DNA from: Arcobacteraceae bacterium
GTDB taxonomy: Bacteria > Campylobacterota > Campylobacteria > Campylobacterales > Arcobacteraceae
DNA: 64,000 nucleotides
Direction of reading: 5' to 3'
Assembly (NCBI GenBank): GCA_965224485.1
Contig: CBDCZH010000016.1
Coordinates: forward strand, 192,001 to 256,000
Positions 58,388 to 64,000 of the stretch are shown one piece after another; the stretch's first letter is position 1; each line of letters opens with the position of its first letter. The position numbers and the translations under genes are program-made. The notes under the pieces are model-generated. The model made no database searches. It had not been told where the DNA came from and saw nothing but the letters and a program-made list of their open reading frames with translations.

Positions 58388-59740
58388 TTATTTTAAAATT
58401 GGGTCTATTCCGAAGAATTCTGGATAAAAAGCTAAAACACACAATACTACAATTTGAATAAGAATAAAAGGTAATACTCCTTTATATATCTGTACGGTTC
58501 TAACACCTGCTGGGGCTACTCCTTTTAAGTAAAACAAGGAAAATCCAAAAGGTGGGGTTAAAAATGAGGTTTGTAAGTTCATAGCTATTAAAATAGCAAA
58601 CCATACTGGACTTATTCCTAAAGCTTCAGAAATTGGAACTAAAATAGGAACAATAATATATGAAATTTCAACAAAATCAATAAAAAATCCAAGTACTAAA
58701 ATAGATAACATAGTAAAAAGTATAAAACTTAATCTATCATCACCTGGTAAATTTGTCATAAAATGCTCAACAATTTCTTCACCACCTGTATATGAAAATA
58801 CCATAGAAAAAGCTGTTGCTCCTATTAAAATAGCAAATACCATTGAAGTAATTTTAACAGACTCTAAAGCAGCTTGTTTTACCATTTGTATAGTAAAGGT
58901 TCTATAAAGTAAAGCAAGTCCAATAGCTCCAATACAACCAACAGCAGAAGATTCTGTAGGAGTTGCAATTCCTGCAAAAATTGAACCAAGTACTAAAATA
59001 ATTAGTGATAAAGAAGGAATAATATCAATTAAGGCTCTTAATACTTGTTGCTTTTTATTTCCTCTACTTGGATCAGCTGGAATAGCTGGTGCCATATCAG
59101 GTTTAAAATAAGCAATAACTAAAATAAAAATTATATAAGCTGCTACTAAAGTAAGACCAGGACCAACAGCTGCTGTAAATAGATCACCTACAGGAACTTG
59201 AAATACATCTCCTAAAATAATTAATACAATAGAAGGGGGAATAATTTGACCTAATGTTCCAGAAGCACAAATAGTTCCTGCTGCTAGTTCTGTATTATAT
59301 TTATATTTTAACATTACAGGTAAAGATATAACTCCCATAGCAACAACACTAGCTCCTACAACACCTGTTGAAGCAGCTAATAAGGAACCTACTAAAACAG
59401 TTGAAATAGCGACTCCTCCTCTAATTTCTCCAAACAAAAATCCCATAGATTCCAATAATTTTTCAGCAAGTCCTGTTTTTTGTAAAACAATACCCATAAA
59501 AATAAACATAGGAATAGCCATTAAAATAGTATTTTGCATAATTGAATATATTCTAAAAGGCATGAAATCAAACATATCAATACCTTCAATTACACCATTT
59601 ATTATTCCACCATCTAAACCAACTTCAACAATTCCTGCAATTATTCCAAATAAAACAGAAACAGCAGCAAAAGTAAATGCAACAGGAAATCCAATTAAGA
59701 GCATGACTAGTGCTGCAAAAAACATAATTACACCAATCAT
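58388..59740 (-). CDS. dctM: TRAP transporter large permease
   Basis: AIPMFIFMG, SGTLGQIIPPS, GIATPTES and LTPPFGFSLFY motifs. Confidence 0.93.
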   Translation of the reverse strand: MIGVIMFFAALVMLLIGFPVAFTFAAVSVLFGIIAGIVEVGLDGGIINGVIEGIDMFDFMPFRIYSIMQNTILMAIPMFIFMGIVLQKTGLAEKLLESMGFLFGEIRGGVAISTVLVGSLLAASTGVVGASVVAMGVISLPVMLKYKYNTELAAGTICASGTLGQIIPPSIVLIILGDVFQVPVGDLFTAAVGPGLTLVAAYIIFILVIAYFKPDMAPAIPADPSRGNKKQQVLRALIDIIPSLSLIILVLGSIFAGIATPTESSAVGCIGAIGLALLYRTFTIQMVKQAALESVKITSMVFAILIGATAFSMVFSYTGGEEIVEHFMTNLPGDDRLSFILFTMLSILVLGFFIDFVEISYIIVPILVPISEALGISPVWFAILIAMNLQTSFLTPPFGFSLFYLKGVAPAGVRTVQIYKGVLPFILIQIVVLCVLAFYPEFFGIDPILK

Positions 59741-60345
59741 TTTTTATCTCCTTTTTCATCAATATCAATAATATGATGATTATGCTCATCTAGTTCATCT
59801 TTAAGTTCATTTATTTCATGCTCTATATTGCTTGAATCTAAGTTTTTTATTCCTTTAAAGACTAAAAGATTTTTAATGAAGTAACCACATGATGTGATAA
59901 TTAGCATAAAAAAAGATAAGGGTATCAAAGCTTTAATAATCCATCTATAATGTAATCCCCCTGGATCTCCACTTTGTTCCATTGAAACAAAAGCTTCAAG
60001 TGCATTATTTATAGAACTTGTTGCAATTAATAAAGAAATAGGAAGAATAAATAAAAATACACCTATCATATTTATCATAGCTTTTTTTCTTTGCGATAAT
60101 TTGTCATAAATCACATCAACTCTAACATGGCCATCTTCTTTTAGAGTGTAAGAAATTCCTAGTAAAATTACAACAGAAAAAAGATGCCATTCCATTTCTT
60201 GCATTGCAATAGAACCAGATCTAAAAAAATATCTCATAACAACGTCATATGAAACATTTAATATCATTAAAACAATTGCAAGAGCGGTAATAATTCCAAT
60301 AATATCTGCGAATTTATTAAATCCCTTTTCAAGTTTTAAAAGCAT
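59737..60345 (-). CDS. dctQ: TRAP transporter small permease
   Basis: DVVMRY, QEMEWHL and HVRVD motifs. Confidence 0.92.
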   Translation of the reverse strand: MLLKLEKGFNKFADIIGIITALAIVLMILNVSYDVVMRYFFRSGSIAMQEMEWHLFSVVILLGISYTLKEDGHVRVDVIYDKLSQRKKAMINMIGVFLFILPISLLIATSSINNALEAFVSMEQSGDPGGLHYRWIIKALIPLSFFMLIITSCGYFIKNLLVFKGIKNLDSSNIEHEINELKDELDEHNHHIIDIDEKGDKK

Positions 60346-60415
60346 AAAAATCCTTTTTTAGTATTAAAATGACTAAGATAAAAATAATAAGTTTATCTTT
60401 ATCTTAGGCCTTGTG

Positions 60416-60444
60416 AATTAAATCCCCTTTGAGGGGATTTAATT
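60416..60444 (-). terminator. Hairpin after dctP (terminator or mRNA stabiliser)
   Basis: AATTAAATCCCCT-ttg-AGGGGATTTAATT. Confidence 0.65.
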
Positions 60445-61545
60445 TTATAAATTATCTTTTAAGTAAAGATAATCAGACATTTTAGTCCACTCTCGTGCTT
60501 TCTTTTGGAAAGACGCTTGCGAATCTAAAATCTCTTTTAATAAAGGTTGATCTTTTGTTTTTTCAATTAACAACTCTTTATTTGCTTTCTTCATTGCATC
60601 CATAACAGATTTAGGAAAACTTTTTATTTTGATATTTGGGTAATCACTTTCGATTTTTGCCCAAGCTTCAGCCGACATTTTATAGTTTTGAATATACATA
60701 TCATAACCAGTAACTCTCATAGCTGTTTTTAAAATTTGCTGTAAATCAGAAGGAAGTTTATTAAAAGCTTTTTCATTTACTAAATATTGTAACTCAGTTG
60801 CTGGTTCATGCCAACCTGTATAATAATAAGGAGCAACTTTATGAAATCCCATTTTAATATCCATTCCTGGTCCAACCCATTCAAGCGCATCAATTGTTCC
60901 ACGCTCTAAAGAAGTATATAATTCTCCAGAAGGAATATTTGTAACAGTAAGTCCTAGTTTAGCCATGATTTCTCCAGCAAAACCTGGAATTCTCATTTTT
61001 AAACCTTTTAAATCATCAAGAGAAGTAATTTCATCTCTAAACCATCCACCCATTTGGTTACCAGTATTTCCACCTGGAAATGATAATACTTTATGAGGAG
61101 CATAGGCTTTTTGCATTAACTCTAATCCACCACCATAATAAAACCAAGCATATTGCTCAGGAGCAGTCATACCAAAAGGCATAGTTGTAAAAGGTAATAA
61201 GTTAATATCTTTACCTTTCCAATAATAAGAGGCAGAATGACCCATCTCATATTGTCCACCTTTAACCATGTCTAAAATACCAAAAGCAGATTTATGTTTA
61301 TTAGAAGCATCAACTCTTATAATAAGTCTTCCATCTGACATCTCTTTTACCAAACTAGAAAGATTTTTAGGTGCATCTATAAAGGGTGATAGTGTTGGTC
61401 CCCAAGTAGTAGCTAACTTCCACTTGAATACTTTTTTAGCCTCAACTTTGGCTTGAATAGGGGCTTTTTTGTCATCAGTACAAGCTGTAAATAATAAAGC
61501 TGATGCTAAAGCAACACAAGAAATTAGTTTTGTTCTCATTTTCAT
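60445..61545 (-). CDS. dctP: TRAP substrate-binding lipoprotein (monocarboxylate/keto-acid, TakP-like)
   Basis: Lipobox FTAC, SYYWKGK, QMGGWF, KMRIPG, LEWVGP and GWHEP motifs. Confidence 0.9.
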   Translation of the reverse strand: MKMRTKLISCVALASALLFTACTDDKKAPIQAKVEAKKVFKWKLATTWGPTLSPFIDAPKNLSSLVKEMSDGRLIIRVDASNKHKSAFGILDMVKGGQYEMGHSASYYWKGKDINLLPFTTMPFGMTAPEQYAWFYYGGGLELMQKAYAPHKVLSFPGGNTGNQMGGWFRDEITSLDDLKGLKMRIPGFAGEIMAKLGLTVTNIPSGELYTSLERGTIDALEWVGPGMDIKMGFHKVAPYYYTGWHEPATELQYLVNEKAFNKLPSDLQQILKTAMRVTGYDMYIQNYKMSAEAWAKIESDYPNIKIKSFPKSVMDAMKKANKELLIEKTKDQPLLKEILDSQASFQKKAREWTKMSDYLYLKDNL

Positions 61546-61636
61546 ATTCTTCTCCTTAAATATTGGTCTTGTATAAATTGTAACTAGCAGAGATGATAAT
61601 AGTATGATATTTTTTAGTATTTCTTAATTAAAAATA

Positions 61637-62284
61637 TTAAATGCTACTTTTAAAAATATAGCCTGTATCTACAATAGTTTCTATATATTCGCCTTTTATA
61701 GTCTTTCTTAGCCTTCTTATTAAAGATCTTATTGATTCAAGTGAGGCAAAAGAGCCTTCCCACACATAGTTTTCAATTGCTTCATATGAAATAACTTGAT
61801 TTTTCTTGCTTAAAAATAAGTTTAGTAAAAGTTTCTCTTTTTTTGTAAGTCTAAACTCTTTTTTATGCATTGAAACAAGTGAAGACTTAAAATCAAAAGA
61901 ACAATCTTTATCAAAATAAATTATTTCTTTTTGAATATTACATAATTTTTCTATTTTGATTTCTAGTTCATCTATAAAAAATGGTTTCTTTAAAAAATCA
62001 TTACAGCCAAAATCATAAGCTTCTTTTATTATTTCAAGCTCAACAGTTCCTGAAATTATAATAATAGGAACTTCTTTATAAAACTCTCTAATTTTTTTTA
62101 ATATTTTAATTCCATCAAGATTAGGAACATTAATATCTAAGATAAAACAAGAATAACCTTCTGTGATATTCTTAAAAGCATCTTCTCCATTTATAAAAGC
62201 ATCTATACTATAGTTTTTAAGCTCTAGTCTTTTTTTTATCGTTTCATTTAATTTTTTATTATCTTCAAGTAGTAAAATTTTCAT
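61637..62284 (-). CDS. OmpR-family response regulator
   Basis: LEDN, LDINVP and KKPF receiver motifs, plus winged helix. Confidence 0.92.
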   Translation of the reverse strand: MKILLLEDNKKLNETIKKRLELKNYSIDAFINGEDAFKNITEGYSCFILDINVPNLDGIKILKKIREFYKEVPIIIISGTVELEIIKEAYDFGCNDFLKKPFFIDELEIKIEKLCNIQKEIIYFDKDCSFDFKSSLVSMHKKEFRLTKKEKLLLNLFLSKKNQVISYEAIENYVWEGSFASLESIRSLIRRLRKTIKGEYIETIVDTGYIFKSSI

Positions 62285-63999
62285 AATAATATCTCTTTAT
62301 TTTCTGCTTTTTTATTAGGTAGTTTAATAGTAAAAACTACTTTTTGCTTCTTATTTGCAACGCTTACAAATCCTGTCATCTTATCTTCAATAATAACCTT
62401 AGCCATGTATAAACCTATTCCTGTACCATCTTCTTTTGTGGTAAAATAAGGGTCAAATATAGAATCAATGATATCTTCTTTGATTGCGCCTGCATTATCG
62501 CTTATTTGTATTATATTATAATTTTTCTCTTGGGAAACATTAATACAAATCTCTCCTTTGAAACTTTCATCTTCTTTATTCTTTTCTATAATTTTATTTT
62601 TAGCATTATTTATTATATTTAATAAAACTTGCTTAAACTCATTTTCATAACCAAAAATCATTAAATCTTCTTTATTATGTTTATATTCTTGTATAAGTTC
62701 TATATTTGAATAAAATATTTGCTTACTTATTATTTCAAAAATTTCTTCAAAAGATTTAGATATTGAGAACATATCTTTTTTTGTTGAGGGTTTTAGAAAA
62801 TTTCTAAAATCACCTAGTGTTTTTGACATATATTGTATTTGAATCATTGAATCGTTTACAAACTCTTCTATCCCTACTTTTTCTAGTTCATCTAACATAT
62901 AAGACGTTTGAATATCTTGAACTTGAGCTGATAGTTCAACTAAAGGTTCATTCCATTGATGTGCAATAGCAGCAACCATATCACCCATTTCAGCTAATTT
63001 ACTTTGTTGTATTAAAAACTGTTTTTGCTGTACTCTTTCTGTAATATCATCCATAATACAAACAATTCCTCCAATACTTCCATCTATATTTTTATAAACT
63101 GCTTTATTTAAAATAAAAAACTTCATCTGTTTATTTGGAAAATGAATTGCTATTTCAGAAGTATTTGGTACTTGGGCTTTTAAAATCTCTGCATCTATAA
63201 GAGTATTTTTTTTAGCTATATCTTTTGGGTAAAAATCATAAGCTGTTTTTCCAATTACTTCTTTTTTTTCTAAATTAAATACTTGACAAAAGCCATTATT
63301 ACAACCTATTATTTTCCCTTCTTTATTTTTATAATAAATTGCATTAGGTAATGTTTCTAATAAAACTTTTACAAATTTTAACTGATTAGATAATTCTACT
63401 TCAACTTTTTTTCTTTTTCTTATATTTGCCCTCATTGTTAAAACAATAATACTTAAAATAAAAATAAGTAATAAAGATAAAATTACAAATTTTGTATGTT
63501 CTTTATATATTGAACTAGGTTCATTTATGATTTCATACTCACTTAAAAATGGTTCAACATTTATATTAAATTTATCTAACTCTTTATAATCAAAGATATA
63601 TTTATTTGGTGAGTCTTTTAAAATTGGAATATCTTTAATATTAACTCCACTTAAAACCTTGAGTGCCATTAGTGAAACAGCTTCACCTTGTGCTTTAGCA
63701 GATGTTAGTAAACCGCCCAATAAACCATAATCTAAGTAGAAATCCCAAAGTCCATATATAGGTACAGAACTTACATCTTTAATAGCTTTAAAACTCTGCT
63801 TATAAGTAAAAAATTTTCCTGTAGTATCTTTAAAAAGAAGAACAAAAAGTATTACAGAATCTTTAGGTAAATTTTTTACTTTTTCCTTTATTTTTTCTAT
63901 ATCCATATTATCAATATATTCAATATTAACTTTTCTTCTGTATTTTTTTATAATACTTTGTAAGTCTTTTTTTACAGCATAACCTGTTTTTGAAGTATC
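62281..63999 (-). CDS. Sensor histidine kinase with periplasmic binding-protein-like and PAS domains (5' end outside window)
   Basis: Frame stays open past the track start (63906) to the window edge; TM, PAS, IAHQWNEPL and GTGIGLY motifs. Confidence 0.9.
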   Translation of the reverse strand, partial: DTSKTGYAVKKDLQSIIKKYRRKVNIEYIDNMDIEKIKEKVKNLPKDSVILFVLLFKDTTGKFFTYKQSFKAIKDVSSVPIYGLWDFYLDYGLLGGLLTSAKAQGEAVSLMALKVLSGVNIKDIPILKDSPNKYIFDYKELDKFNINVEPFLSEYEIINEPSSIYKEHTKFVILSLLLIFILSIIVLTMRANIRKRKKVEVELSNQLKFVKVLLETLPNAIYYKNKEGKIIGCNNGFCQVFNLEKKEVIGKTAYDFYPKDIAKKNTLIDAEILKAQVPNTSEIAIHFPNKQMKFFILNKAVYKNIDGSIGGIVCIMDDITERVQQKQFLIQQSKLAEMGDMVAAIAHQWNEPLVELSAQVQDIQTSYMLDELEKVGIEEFVNDSMIQIQYMSKTLGDFRNFLKPSTKKDMFSISKSFEEIFEIISKQIFYSNIELIQEYKHNKEDLMIFGYENEFKQVLLNIINNAKNKIIEKNKEDESFKGEICINVSQEKNYNIIQISDNAGAIKEDIIDSIFDPYFTTKEDGTGIGLYMAKVIIEDKMTGFVSVANKKQKVVFTIKLPNKKAENKEILL

Positions 64000-64000
64000 A

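Noticed and set aside
3028..61456. Short overlapping or antisense ORFs in the track (e.g. 3028-3321, 5840-6046, 8297-8518, 9008-9244, 27336-27620, 29993-30460, 31394-31690, 35046-35441, 40622-40921, 42122-42421, 57597-57845, 61268-61456)
   Set aside because: They are shadows of well-supported genes on the opposite strand, with no motifs of their own.
1..64000. tRNA, rRNA, prophage or integrase genes
   Set aside because: None recognised by eye; a tRNAscan/Infernal run would be needed to exclude them formally.

Overview
AT-rich chromosomal window from a Campylobacterota bacterium, most likely Arcobacteraceae (inferred from gene content and style, not a database search). Most of it is housekeeping or metabolic: ABC-F ATPase, minimal eutBC-eat ethanolamine operon, queF, SRP RNA (ffs), modE-modA-TOBE-modB-modC, purB, nrdAB, PMM/PGM, ccoG, proA, trxA, a TorZ/BisC-type molybdoenzyme with cytochrome c and two-component system, gpsA, gatB, and a TRAP transporter plus a frameshifted FAD/Fe-S hydroxyacid dehydrogenase. 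The unusual part is a ~3.4 kb accessory island right after nrdB (24407-27771). It holds an ERIC-like palindromic element, a frameshifted membrane-protein gene, and an Abi_2/AbiF-family HEPN gene (RNMCAH) split by an IS30-family element with a 3-bp target duplication. Three copies of a 38-39 nt stem-loop bracket that gene; their stem sequences differ but keep full pairing. Copy 2 occludes the Abi ribosome-binding site, and copies 2 and 3 have their own -10 boxes. This looks like a HEPN toxin with a multi-copy RNA antitoxin (type III-like). Several unannotated small ORFs and cis-elements were also found.
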